64,000 nt of DNA from Ylistrum balloti (GCF_031769215.1 NW_026781965.1:3658001-3722000); one strand, 5' to 3'. Positions 27,862 through 41,452 are shown, counted from the first letter of the stretch. A program made the numbers and translations. The notes: generated by a model not told the origin, from the letters alone.

Positions 27862-29219
27862 ATAACAATATACAAACACATGACTACAGACACAATATAT
27901 ATATAACAATATACAAACACATGACTACAGACACAATATATATATAACAATATACAAACACATTATTACAGACACAATATATATATATAGCAATATACAA
28001 ACACATGACTACAGACACAATATATATATATATATAACAATATACAAACACATTATTACTGACACAATATATATATATAACAATATACAAACACATTATT
28101 ACAGACACAATACTTATATATAACAATATACAAACACATTATTACAGACACAATACTTATATATAACAATATACAAACACATTATTACAGACACAATATA
28201 TATATATAACAATATACAAACACATGACTACAGACACAATATATATATAACAATATACAAACACATGACTACAGACACAATATATATATAACAATATACA
28301 AACACATGACTACAGACACAATATATATATATAACAATATACAAACACATTATTACAGACACAATATATATATATAACAATATACAAACACATTATTACA
28401 GACACAATATATATATATAACAATATACAAACACATGACACAATATATATATAACAATATACAGACACAATATATATATATAACAATATACAAACACATT
28501 ACAGACACAATATATATATATAACAATATACAAACACATGACTACAGACACAATATATATATATATAACACATGACTACAGACACAATATATATATATAT
28601 ACAAACACATTATTACAGACACAATATATATATATAACAATATACAAACACATTATTACAGACACAATATATATATATAACAATATACAAACACATTATT
28701 ACAGACACAATATATATATATATAACAATATACAAACACATTATTACAGACACAATACATATATAACAATATACAAACACATTACTGACACAATATATAT
28801 ATAACAATATACAAACACATGACTACAGACACAATATATATATATAACAATATAAAAACACATTATTACAGACACAATATATATATATACAATATACAAA
28901 CACATTACTGACACATATATATATATAACAATATACAAACACATTACTACAGACACAATATATATATAACAATATACAAACACATTATTACAGACACAAT
29001 ATATATATATATATAACAATATACAAACACATTATTACAGACACATATATATATATATAACAATATACAACACATATGACTACAGACACATATATATATA
29101 TATATAACAATATACAAACACATTATTACAGACACAATATATATATAACAATATACAAACACATTATTACAGACACAATATATATATATATAACAATATA
29201 CAAACACATTATTACAGAC

Positions 29220-29250
<31 letters not shown>

Positions 29251-30684
29251 CAATATACAAACACATATATTACAGACACAATATATATATATATATATAA
29301 CAATATACATATAACAATATACACACATATTACAGACACAATATATATATATATAACACATATACAAACAATATATATACATACAAACACATACAGACAC
29401 AATATATATATAACAATATACAAACACATGACTACAGACACAATATATATATATAACAATATACAAACACATGACTACAGACACAATATATATATATAAC
29501 AATATACAAACACATCATTATAGCCACAATATATATATATAACAATATATATATATACAAACACATGACTACAGACACATATATATATATAACAATATAC
29601 AAACACATGACTACAGACACATATATATATATATAACAATATATATATAAACATATACAAACACATTACAGACACAATATATATATAACAATATACAAAC
29701 ATATCATTACAGACACAATATATATATAACACATATACAAACATATATATAACAATATACAGACACAATATATATATATAACAATATACAAACACATTAT
29801 TACAGACACATATATATATATATAACAATATACAAACACATTATTACAGACACAATATATATATAACAATATAAAAACACATTACAGACACAATATATAT
29901 ATAACAATATACAAACACATGACTACAGACACAATATATATATATAACAATATACAAACACATATATATATAGACACAATATATATATATATAACACATT
30001 ATATATATATATAACAATATACAAACACATATTACAGACACAATATATATATATAACAATATATATATATACACAATATATATATATATAACAATATACA
30101 AACACATTATTACAGACACATATATATATATATAACAATATACAAACACATTATTACAGACGATATATATATATATATAACACATATACAAACACAATAT
30201 ATATATAACAATATACTGACACAATATATATATAACAATATACAAACACATGACTACAGACACAATATATATATATAACAATATACAAACACATTATTAC
30301 AGACACAATATATATATAACAATATACAAACACATTACTGACACAATATATATATATATATAACACATATACAAACACAATATATATATGATATACAGAC
30401 ACAATATATATATAACAATATACAAACACATTATTACAGACACAATATATATATATAACAATATACAAACAATATATATATATATACAGACACAATATAT
30501 ATATATAACAATATACAAACACATGACTACAGACACATATATATATATATATATATAACAATATATATATATATACAAACACATAATTACAGACACATAT
30601 ATATATATAATATATACAAACACATATATATACAAACACAATATATATATATATATAACAATATACAAACACATTATTACAGAC

Positions 30685-30715
<31 letters not shown>

Positions 30716-31571
30716 CAATATACAAACACATGATTACAGACACAATATATATATAACAATATACAAACACATTACTGACACAATATATATATAACAATAT
30801 ACAAACACATGACTACAGACACAAGATATATATAACAATATACAAACACATGACTACAGACACAATATATATATAACAATATACAAACACATGACTACAG
30901 ACACAAGATATATATAACAATATACAAACACATCATTACAGACACATATATATATATAACAATATACAAACACATGACTACAGACACAATATATATATAT
31001 ATATATATATATAACAATATACAAACAATATATATATATATATGACTACAGACACATATATATATATAACAATATACAAACATATCATTACAGACACAAT
31101 ATATATATAACAATATACAAACATATCATTACAGACACAATACATATATAACAATATACAAACACATGACTACAGACACAATATATATATATAACAATAT
31201 ACAAACACATTATTACAGACACAATACATATATATAACAATATACAAACACATCATTACAAACACAATATATATATAACAATATAAAAACACATTATTAC
31301 AGACACAATATATATATATATATATATAACAATATACAAACACATGACTACAGACACAATATATATATATAACAATATACAAACACATTATTACAGACAC
31401 AATATATATATATATAACAATATACAAACACATTATTACAGACACAATACATATATAACAATATACAAACACATCATTACAGACACAATACATATATAAC
31501 AATATACAAACACATCATTACAGACACAATACATATATAACAATATACAAACACCTGTTTACAGACACAAT
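27862..31571. repeat. AT-rich ~41-45-bp satellite with embedded variable (AT)n
   Basis: Unit aacaatatacaaacacat(gac/tat)tacagacacaat(at)n. Source of the many YI/CV-rich ORFs. Confidence 0.97.
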
Positions 31572-31599
31572 TCAGACCCGGAGAGAACAAACTATTGTC

Positions 31600-32330
31600 T
31601 CTACTGATCTCTTAAAACGTAAGCAGCCTTTATATTGAAAGGTTCTACTAGTTAAAATAGTACCTTATCAAAAACTTCTTTCCCAGGTCCATGTAACAAG
31701 GACATTTCAATATAAGATGAAAATCATCTTCTGTATCATTTAAATCACAAATGGTACGTACTCGTAAACTTCTCGGTATATATCTATATCGGCCCTTTTC
31801 GACTTTTGATTTTTGGGATGAAAGTCTTATTTTTGTAATTTCTTTCAAATATTCCTTAGGTATTGCTTTTTTCAGATAGTCTTATAAATCGGGGTCATGA
31901 TGAAGATGGGTATAAATATGTCCTTTCGATGAAGTTCTAATTTTCTCTTTCCAGTCTTGTCTAAATATTTTACTGTGTATCTACATTGTTTTCTGAATAT
32001 AGCCTAAACCTAGTTGATACAATTCGTTTTTAATGTTTAAAACCCATTTATCATTTTTCTCCAACATATCATCATAGCATGATTGTACAGGCTTTTTTGT
32101 ACAGCTTACGATTCCGTAGCACCTGGTCTTCATTATCTGATATCTTACTTCTTTGAGGTTGTATGATAAGTCTGGACAGATATTACAATTGACGTGGTTC
32201 ATTCAGTAATCATTTACTTACTATTTCCAATTGTTTTCGGATTCGATAATCAAGTAACAAGTGCGATGAATTAGGAAAAAAACAGCCGAGAAATCCTAAT
32301 TTAATTGGAAGATCTTTAATAGAAAGAGAT
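31600..32330 (-). mobile_element. Non-LTR retrotransposon ORF2 C-terminal fragment
   Basis: KWVLNIKNELYQLGLGY and IRLSSQKSKVEKGRY..IPR..RVRTICDLNDTEDDFHLILKCPCY, a decayed C-x2-C..EDExH..C knuckle typical of LINE ORF2 3' ends. Confidence 0.75.
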
Positions 32331-32539
32331 CGTTTAAAATCAAAGAGATCAAAAAGATTAAAATAAAATTCATAACATTCAAAATGAATTCAACCTTTGG
32401 GGTGAACATCTATTACACGATACACATATGCAAATAACATACTGAAATGTCTATTGGTGGCTGGGAACAGCGATCACAAGAGACAGAAATCTGGAGAGGG
32501 AAATGAGGAAGAGAGAAAGAAGACGACAAGAGGAACTAC

Positions 32540-33350
32540 ATCAACGGGAAAGAGGAAACCGATGAGAGGCATGACGTCAAATGACAAATGACTAGAGGCA
32601 TGACGTGAAAAGACAAGAGAAAGACAAAAAGGCGATGACGACAGACATGACGTCAAAAGGAAAGACAAAGGGTCGTGACGAAAGAGAGAAAGAGAGACTA
32701 GTAAGCGCTTGCCCCCAAGAGGGAATATACTCAGTAAAGGCAATGGCTAGAAGTGTGACGTCAAGAGAAAATGTGATGACTAGAGGCGCGACATGAAGAA
32801 AGAGATAGGCGATGAGTAAAGATGTGACGTCAAGGGAAAGGCGGTAACTAGAGGGGCGACATGAAGAAAGAGATAGGCGATGAGTAAAGATGTGACGTCA
32901 AGGGAAAGGCGGTAACTAGAGGCGCGACATGAAGAAAGAGATAGGCGACGAATAAAGATGTGACGTCAAGCGAAAGGCGATGACTAGAGGCGCGGCATCA
33001 AAGAGAAAGAAAGGCGACGAATAAAGATGTGACGTCAAGCAAAAGGCGATGACTAGAGGCGTGACATCAAAAAAAAAAAAAAAAAAAAAGGCGATGAGTA
33101 AAGATGTGACGTCAAGCGAAAGGCGATGACTAGAGGCACGACATCAAAGAAAAAGAAAGGCAACGAATATAGATGTGGCGTCGAAAGAAAGGCGATGACT
33201 AGAGGCGTATCACCAGGAGAAATATTTGAATTACATTACTTTCGTGTACATAAAAAATTTGCTATAAGAAACTTGGCGTCCATAGACAGAGAAGAGTGAT
33301 GACAAGTGATGTGACGCCAAGAAAAAGAGAAAGGCGATGATTATAGGCGT
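32540..33350. repeat. ~68-bp purine-rich tandem repeat carrying TGACGTCA motifs
   Basis: TGACGTCA at 32572, 32648, 32756, 32825, 32893, 32961, 33030 and 33107. Spacing in the core is 68-69 bp. Confidence 0.9.
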
Positions 33351-35242
33351 GCCGCTAACGGAAAAAGGAAAAAAGTAGAAACAAGTACGTTTACAACGAG
33401 AAAAGATAACATGAATATTTTGTCTAATATCAACGAAACCTTCTTCCATGTCACCGGTTTATTCTTCCGGTCCTGATCTTTACTGTTTATTTTTTTCTTG
33501 TTAGGCTGGACAGCTTTCTGTATTTGACAAAGACCGGGCTTTTCTATTGTGATGTCTGGTATCACTACAGAGTTGTGCACATGTTTGTTTCGGTGCTGAC
33601 TTTCAGAACGAAACTTGATACTAGATGTCTGCCATTGTTTATCATTAGTTAAACCATTGACCTCGTTTTTTAATTTATTACCGTTGCTTGGTTTGCTCCA
33701 GTGGCCATTCAGTTGACTGGACCTACCCCCGTCACTGGCGTTTGATATTTTCCTTACACTTTCATCTAGCTTGAAAGAGTCGTTTTCCAATTTTACTTTA
33801 CACATATCTATAGGATTGTCCTCACAAAGAAGTACAGGGGAAACCTTCCTTCCGCGTTTTACATTTGAGTTGTTCGAAGAGACTAAGGAACAGCTTGTCT
33901 GCCTCTCTATAACCACAGATTGACTCTCAATAATTTGTTCTGAATCCTCCTTTGTGATTTCCGATTTGAGGGAAAGTTGGCGGTTAATTTCCGGATACAT
34001 ATACCTTATCTCTGAAGCATTGCTGTCTGGACAAGAAGGACTCCTTTGGGGGTCAATGACTACGTTAGTACTAGACACCGACATCTTGTCTGGGGGAACC
34101 ACCGTTATATGTCTTATATGTTGAGTTTGTTTCTTTCTCTTGGTTTTGTTCACAAAACATGATGTAAGCTTTTGTAAAAATATTGGAATGTTTTTGTTAT
34201 CAGACCTGAAATAGAGAAATATTGAGAAAATAGCGGAGATAGAGACTAGTACACTGTATATCATCTGCCACATGAAGAAGTACCCGAGATAAGTCATTCT
34301 GTCCGAGGCCTTCGGTAGAAACGATATGGAATGGATGAAGTAAAACGATAAGGTTATGAATCCTATGGAGACTAATTGTCCGCGACCTTCCTCAGCAGGA
34401 AGCATAAAAGAACACGTGATCAGTATCGTTATCAGTAGGACAGGAAGGAGCAGGTTGATGACGAAATACACAGGTTTACGTGACATCGTTATCTCAAAAT
34501 GTACATTTGAACTTTGACTCGAAAACGTACCGTATACATTTGACTGGTCGACGTTCCATTCTGTGTTTGTGTTTAGGGAACTGATGTCAATATTTTTTCC
34601 GCTTTCCATGATACCAAGTTTTACTTCACTTGGACTGTATCCCACAATACCAAACGAAACATTACATATTTGGACGTCAAAGGGAAAATATTGAACGTTT
34701 GTCCTGCATAAAGATTGTATCGTTATCCTTGGCTTCCAAATGATGTCACCGCTATTGTTAATCAGAATAATATCACTGCCGGTATGTATCCCACTTATAT
34801 CATCAAATGGGTTAGCGACAACGACCGGTGGTACCCACACGTCTGAAGCACGCATGCGAACAGTCTTTGTGTCCTTAAAAATATCTGAATAGTTTTTCCA
34901 AGATAAAAGTTGGTCCGTCCATCTGACTTCTAAATTACCGACGGTATGAAGGACGCCTAATACACAGTCCAGTTTTGCGATGGAGCGAAGAGTTAAACTT
35001 GCTCGTACGTCCACTCTATCTTCTAAATGTCTGACCGGACGAATATATTTACTATAGTTCAAAAAAATATCAGAATCAAATAGCATTTGCATGGTTTGGC
35101 TTGTCACTGTTGTGAGATTTCCGACAGAAATGTATGTACTGAGGACAAAACATGTCAACAGCATTGGCGAGTACAGCACAGAAGGCATCGGGGGCCCGTG
35201 TAGTTCTCCTCCAAAACTCAGCATGCTATTATGGCAAAACAT
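33341..35242 (-). CDS. Highly divergent nAChR-like Cys-loop subunit G2 (up to 633 aa, intronless CDS, long M3-M4 loop)
   Basis: Cys loop CRTNVQYFPFDVQIC, WVPP loop A, RKPVYF pre-M1, four TM segments. The true start may be the ATG at 35188 or 35164, ahead of the hydrophobic signal segment. Confidence 0.93.
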   Translation of the reverse strand: MFCHNSMLSFGGELHGPPMPSVLYSPMLLTCFVLSTYISVGNLTTVTSQTMQMLFDSDIFLNYSKYIRPVRHLEDRVDVRASLTLRSIAKLDCVLGVLHTVGNLEVRWTDQLLSWKNYSDIFKDTKTVRMRASDVWVPPVVVANPFDDISGIHTGSDIILINNSGDIIWKPRITIQSLCRTNVQYFPFDVQICNVSFGIVGYSPSEVKLGIMESGKNIDISSLNTNTEWNVDQSNVYGTFSSQSSNVHFEITMSRKPVYFVINLLLPVLLITILITCSFMLPAEEGRGQLVSIGFITLSFYFIHSISFLPKASDRMTYLGYFFMWQMIYSVLVSISAIFSIFLYFRSDNKNIPIFLQKLTSCFVNKTKRKKQTQHIRHITVVPPDKMSVSSTNVVIDPQRSPSCPDSNASEIRYMYPEINRQLSLKSEITKEDSEQIIESQSVVIERQTSCSLVSSNNSNVKRGRKVSPVLLCEDNPIDMCKVKLENDSFKLDESVRKISNASDGGRSSQLNGHWSKPSNGNKLKNEVNGLTNDKQWQTSSIKFRSESQHRNKHVHNSVVIPDITIEKPGLCQIQKAVQPNKKKINSKDQDRKNKPVTWKKVSLILDKIFMLSFLVVNVLVSTFFLFPLAARL

Positions 35243-35261
35243 TTAGAGGACACCCATAGGG

Positions 35262-35269
35262 TGACGTCA
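35262..35269. promoter_or_regulatory. CRE consensus upstream of G2
   Basis: Perfect TGACGTCA 20 bp upstream of the first ATG. Sequence match only. Confidence 0.3.
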
Positions 35270-35445
35270 TTTCAAATTCCGTCTTCGATATGATTACATG
35301 AGCATTGAGATTGTTCTTTGTAAATAAAAAGGTCGGACAGAAGTTCGAAGCCATAATTGCCGGCTATCAATGGTGTCCGTTACAGGTGTAAGACCCAACA
35401 CCCTACTGATCCTCCGTGTTTACAAAACTCCAGGCATATACTATT

Positions 35446-35459
35446 ATGTGACGTCACAT
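35446..35459. promoter_or_regulatory. Extended CRE palindrome upstream of G2
   Basis: 14-bp perfect palindrome ATGTGACGTCACAT. Sequence match only. Confidence 0.35.
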
Positions 35460-35854
35460 TAACACCTTTCTCCTGCTGCGTCCTACCGTTAAACCTGCCA
35501 GGTGAGGCGTGCGTAATGTCTCCTGATCTACAGGTAGGTATTGTTGATAAAAACCTACCGGGTCAACAAAGGTCGATAAAAATGAAAGATACGGAGTTAT
35601 CATTTCATCACCGGGCGTTTCGGGTATAATTAATGCATTTTTGATCCCAGAGAAAAATCTAGATCTCCGTTATGATACGCATTTTGACGCATTACACACA
35701 AATATGTACGGCTGAACAATGAAAGGAGAAAATCGAACACGAAGCTTGAACCATTCAATATGCTTTTCTTAAACCACGGAGTACACTAAGAGACAACTCC
35801 TAATAAAAAGATAGTTTGACATATCGATTTACATATTCATGAATAAATGAAATA

Positions 35855-38437
35855 ATGGTGTTATGTAGACTAATGGTGATATATAGACTAATGGCGATAT
35901 ATAGACTAATATTGATGTGTAGACTAATGGTGATATGTCGACTAATATTGATGTGTAGACTAATGGTGATATGTCGACTAATGGTGATGTGTAGACTAAT
36001 GGTGATATGTAGACTAATGGTGATGTGTAGACTAATGGTGATGTGTAGACTAATGGTGATGTGTGGACTAATGGTGATATGTCGACTAATATTGATGTGT
36101 AGACTAATGGTGATATGTCGACTAATGGTGATGTGTAGACTAATGATGATATGTAGACTAATGTTGATATGTAGACTAATGGTGATGTGTAGACTAATGG
36201 TGATATGTAGACTAATGGTGATATGTAGACTAATGGTGATGTGTAGACTAATGGTGATGTGTAGACTAATGGTGATGTGTAGACTAATGGTGATATATAG
36301 ACTAATGGTGATATGTAGACTAATGGTGATGTGTAGACTAATGGTGATGTGTAGACTAATGGTGATATATAGACTAATGTTGATATGTAGACTAATGGTG
36401 ATGTGTAGACTAATGTTGATGTGTAGACTAATGGTGATATATAGACTAATGGTGATATGTAGACTAATGGTGATGTGTAGACTAATGGTGATATATAGAC
36501 TAATGGTGATATATAGACTAATGGTGATATATAGACTAATGGTGATGTGTAGACTAATGGTGATGTGTAGACTAATGGTGATATATAGACTAATGGTGAT
36601 GTGTAGACTAATGGTGATATATAGACTAATGGTGATATATAGACTAATGGTGATGTGTAGACTAATGGTGATATGTAGACTAATGGTGATAAATAGACTA
36701 ATGGTGATGTGTGGACTAATGGTGATATATAGACTAATGGTGATATATAGACTAATGTTGATATGTAGACTAATGGTGATGTGTAGACTAATGGTGATGT
36801 GTAGACTAATGGTGATATGTAGACTAATGGTGATATGTAGATAATGTAGACTAATGGTGATGTGATATATAGACTAATGGTGATATATAGACTAATGGTG
36901 ATGACTAATGGTGATATATAGACTAATGGTGATATGTAGACTAATGGTGATGTGTAGACTAATGGTGATATATAGACTAATGGTGATATATAGACTAATG
37001 GTGATATATAGACTAACTTTTATATGTAGACTAATGGTGATGTGTAGACTAATGGTGATATGTAGACTAATGGTGATATATAGACTAATGGTGATGTGTA
37101 GACTAATGGTGATATGTAGACTAATGGTGACTAATGGTGATATAGACTATAGACTAATGGTGATATATAGACTAATGGTGATATGTAGACTAATGTGATA
37201 TATGATATGATATATAGACTAATGTTGATATATAGACTAATGTTGATATGTAGACTAATGTTGATATATAGACTAATGGTGATGTGTAGACTAATGGTGA
37301 TATATAGACTAATGGTGATATATAGACTAATGGTGATATATAGACTAATGGTGATATGTAGACTAATGGTGATGTGTAGACTAATGGTGATATATAGACT
37401 AATGGTGATATGTAGACTAATGGTGATATGTAGACTAATGGTGATGTGTAGACTAATGGTGATGTGTAGACTAATGATATGATATATGGTGATATGTAGA
37501 CTAATGGTGATATATAGACTAATGGTGATATGTAGACTATATGGTGATATATAGACTAATGTGTGGTGATATATAGACTAATGGTGATATATAGACTAAT
37601 GGTGATATGTAGACTAATGGTGATATGTAGACTAATGGTGATATATAGACTAATGTTGATATATAGACTAATGTTGATATGTAGACTAATGTTGATATAT
37701 AGACTAATGGTGATGTGTAGACTAATGATGTGTAGACTAATGGTGATATATAGACTAATGGTGATATATAGACTAATGGTGATATATAGACTAATGGTGA
37801 TATGTAGACTAATGGTGATATGTAGACTAATGGTGATATATAGACTAATGGTGATATGTAGACTAATGGTGATATATAGACTAATGGTGATATGTAGACT
37901 AATGGTGATATATAGACTAATGGTGATGTGTAGACTAATGGTGATATATAGACTAATGGTGATATGTAGACTAATGGTGATATGTAGACAAATGGTGATA
38001 TGTCGACTAATGGTGATATATAGACTAATGGTGATGTGTAGACTAATGGTGATATATAGACTAATGGTGATATATAGACTAATGGTGATGTGTAGACTAA
38101 TTGTGATATGTAGACTAATATATAGACTAATGATATATAGACTAATGGTGATATGTAGACTAATGGGTGACTAATGGTGATATATGGTGATATATAGACT
38201 AATGGTGATATGTAGACTAATTTGATATGTAGACTATGTGTAGACTAATGATATGTAGACTAATGGTGATACTAATAGACTAATGGTGATATGTAGACTA
38301 ATGGTGATGTGTAGACTAATGGTGATATGTAGACTAATGGTGATGTGTAGACTAATGGTGATATATAGACTAATGGTGATATGTAGACTAATGGTGATGT
38401 GTAGACTAATGGTGATATGTAGACTAATGGTGATGTG
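35855..38437. repeat. 18-bp minisatellite, ~140 copies
   Basis: Unit tagactaatggtgat(a/g)t(g/a). Gives the RLMVIC ORFs. Confidence 0.97.
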
Positions 38438-38970
38438 TTGTCTTCTGTCCCTATTGATATACATATACAGACCTTCACTTTTCCTCATGTCCTCTGCTTT
38501 CCTGCTTGACTATACACATTAAATTGTTATTGATATAGCTATAAGGACGGCTTTGATGAAGATGTCATGTATAATCAGGACAAATAACCACCACAAGGAA
38601 GACTTTTACACATTTATTTAATCAATAACGTACCGCGGCATGTACAGGTTGAATGACACGACGGTATTGTAGTGTAACAGGAGGCGGGGGATAGTCTAAA
38701 GTCTCTCTCTGGTGACAATTCAAGCTGATATCCGGGAACACGATTCATACTTTTCAGTTCGAAACATTAATTCTGTAAAATATTCATAAGATATCTTTAG
38801 ATTCTAAGTTAGCTTGCTAGCATGGAACGAGTCCTTCCGGAAAACGTAATCAGATAAGTAAAGTCTTTGATATTGATCTTCCCACCTCCAAGATGTACCA
38901 GAGGTTGTTCTCAAAATATCACGTCTGTGTTCGATATGTTACAGAGCACTACACACAGATGTTTGTACTT

Positions 38971-39708
38971 CTAACCCTCTAGTCCGGCTACAACAAGCGG
39001 GTACATGAAGAAAACCGTGATACCCAGCGACAGGAAGAAAAAGAATATAAAAGAGAATCCGTCCAAAGCCCCGCCCACCATCCTCCATGTAATTCCTCTA
39101 ATGTCTCTATCATCTACTGGCGCCTGGATACTGTCAACTTCGGCGTCGCTGTTGTCATCCTCATCGTCGTTATCGATAATGTCTGTCACTGCGTTCCTAC
39201 TCGCCTTCTTTTTGCTGCACCATTTTTTACATTTTCGGCATGTCATGAATGCAACGAGATGACGTACTCCCTCTGGGGGTGTGGCCTCCTCGTCCTGATG
39301 GTAAACTCTTAATATCAGAATCGTTGCTATTGTAATGAGGGAACTGACGAATAACATCAGAGTGAGGAAGTAACAGAGCAGCGACATTGGTTCAGAGGCT
39401 TTGGGCAAGTTTTCTGCCACCATCGTCAGAAACACAGCGAAAGTCAAGAACGCCGTAATGGCGTAACCGACACGTTCGCCACAGTCAGCCGGAAGTAGAA
39501 ATACCAAACCATTGAGGAGTCCAATAATAAGGATTGGAATGATCATGTTGACTAGGAAATAACCCGGCTTCCGGGAGAGATTTAGAGTGAAGACGACATA
39601 CGACACGTCCGCGATAACGGTACTCATCACAGAAGTCGTATCCAAGCTCCATTCAACATTCTCCATGTAAAGGGACATGTCAATTTCGTTTGATGAATTC
39701 AGGACAAT
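38971..39708 (-). CDS. nAChR-like subunit G3, coding exon 2 (loop C, M1-M4)
   Basis: Acceptor ttttttgtttAG|ATT at 39709/39708 is in frame with track ORF 38971..39678. M2 GERVGYAITAFLTFAVF. Confidence 0.93.
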   Translation of the reverse strand: MVLNSSNEIDMSLYMENVEWSLDTTSVMSTVIADVSYVVFTLNLSRKPGYFLVNMIIPILIIGLLNGLVFLLPADCGERVGYAITAFLTFAVFLTMVAENLPKASEPMSLLCYFLTLMLFVSSLITIATILILRVYHQDEEATPPEGVRHLVAFMTCRKCKKWCSKKKASRNAVTDIIDNDDEDDNSDAEVDSIQAPVDDRDIRGITWRMVGGALDGFSFIFFFFLSLGITVFFMYPLVVAGLEG

Positions 39709-40131
39709 CTAAACAAAAAAAGGTAGTAATAACAATGTAAACCAGCGCAATAAGTTAGCATCAACAGAAACTCGTCATCCGAGTATAAATTATTTCATAT
39801 CCGTGGAGAAATTAACCAAATGATTATCGTTCTTTATTGAACAGTTTTATCGTCTACTTTTAAAATGACGAGGGAGATGAAGTATGCCGTTAATGATAAC
39901 TGTGATTGGTTGAGATCTTACCTCGGGCTTGGGGTTGATATTGTGTTCTAACCTTACACTGACCAGTTGTTAGATGGAAATATGTTACAAGGAAATTTAA
40001 TGTAATCTCATTCTTACAGTTCATCCAGAAAGAGGCCAAATGTCAAAAACGTAGGATTAAGAACCCCCCAGTTAATTGGCCAGATTTATTTGGCCCTTTC
40101 TATGGAGGGATATGACGTAACTGTCTTTTAC
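39709..40131 (-). other. G3 intron (423 nt, phase 0, GT-AG)
   Basis: CAG|GTAAAA ... tttAG|ATT. Splicing restores GYVKDQ|IVLNSSNEIDMS, colinear with the intronless paralogs. Confidence 0.9.
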
Positions 40132-40674
40132 CTGATCCTTCACGTAGCCCAGCGCCGCAAATGTGACATTGCATGACTGTTTGTCGAAAGGATAGAGTGT
40201 GACGTCAACGCCACATGACGTTCGTGCGACTAAGCCGACATTCCAGATAGCATTACCCTCATAGTCGATCCGAATTTTGTATGCTGAGTCCCCAAGTTCC
40301 GTTAGGGAGTCGACAGAGTTGGTGAGAGTGACCGGGGGTTTCCAGAATGTTTCCTGCGGTAACAACAGGTTCTCCATTGGATTGTCATCTACTAGGTTCC
40401 ACGTTAGAAGTTCATTCCTCCACCGTATCACAGCTAATCCCACTATAGCCAAGTTTCCGTTCAACTCATCAAAGTCCGTCACTCCGACCAATGTAAACTC
40501 AATGTCAACGTCTAAATGTTCAATTTGGTATATCTTTGGAAATATTTTGCTATTGTAGCTCCTAAACGGTTCATTGTCCAAGAATTCTTTGAAGTTTGTA
40601 CTTGTAGCAGAGAAAACACTTTCAATATTCCATAAACTAACACAAAGAACGACCACAATCCAGTGACTCGCCAT
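40132..40674 (-). CDS. nAChR-like subunit G3, coding exon 1 (joined protein 426 aa)
   Basis: ATG 40674 (MASHWIVVVLCVSLW, signal peptide). Cys loop CGVDVTLYPFDKQSC. Confidence 0.93.
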
Positions 40675-41452
40675 TTTGAATTCGCTAACCAAATATCATG
40701 ACGTAGAATGAATGTTTGAAAATGTGTTTTACGTGAAATAAGACAATCGACTTCTCTAATGCAGAGACTATATTGCCATACGCGGTTAACATTAGCAAAT
40801 ATGACGATTTTGCGCATGCGTGCGACCTAATTAAATGTTGTAAAGTATATGTACCCATCTGACAATGATATCATTTACGGGTTGTATATAAATCTATGAT
40901 ACCTATCTAACGAACAAAGGCGGTCGTGATACGGAACGCTAGACTCGCCTTGCAATAACACCACTAGGCTTTGGTCAAAGCACCAAGTCTATAACCTTAA
41001 ATATATACTCATTTAAAACAGTTATGAAAATGGCTGCATTGTGATTCTTAAATGAAGACCTACTTGTACAAAATCAGTGAAAAATCGGTTGTATTTTTCA
41101 TTTTTTTTCAGTAAAGGGCCTACAAAATTAAGAAGTGTGACCCGGGTTTGACGTACATATGCTACTGACGGCGATAAACAATACTATGAAATCATATATT
41201 TCGTGGTGTTTGATTTTCGCGGTGTTTTAAAAACTTTTTCGTGGACTCTTGATTTTTCTGTGGATATATGAATTCGCGAGTTGAGAATCTCCTATGACAA
41301 ATAGTAATTTTACAAAGGAACAGAACCCTAAACAACAAACTAGAATTTTACTACAAATGCTTAATAAAGCCTTGAAAATATGTATATCAATATCGTGGAA
41401 GTAAACTTCTTATCTTGTGGCTTTAACTGACTATTGAGGAAATAAACGCAAC

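Noticed and set aside
27884-31502. Numerous YI/CV-rich ORFs
   Set aside because: Products of the (AT)n-containing satellite.
35855-38522. RLMVIC-repeat ORFs up to 329 aa that superficially resemble Cys/Met-rich biomineral or metal-binding proteins
   Set aside because: An 18-bp minisatellite whose array continues through frameshifts. No signal peptide or unique sequence.
40072-40131. Intron read-through in G3 (and 46064-46156 in G4) giving a secreted AChBP-like protein, plus a strong cryptic donor GAG|GTAAGA at 39921
   Set aside because: Truncation falls before beta8-beta10, so the domain would be incomplete. Candidate cassette exons (26, 31 and 37 nt) are out of frame. No transcript evidence.
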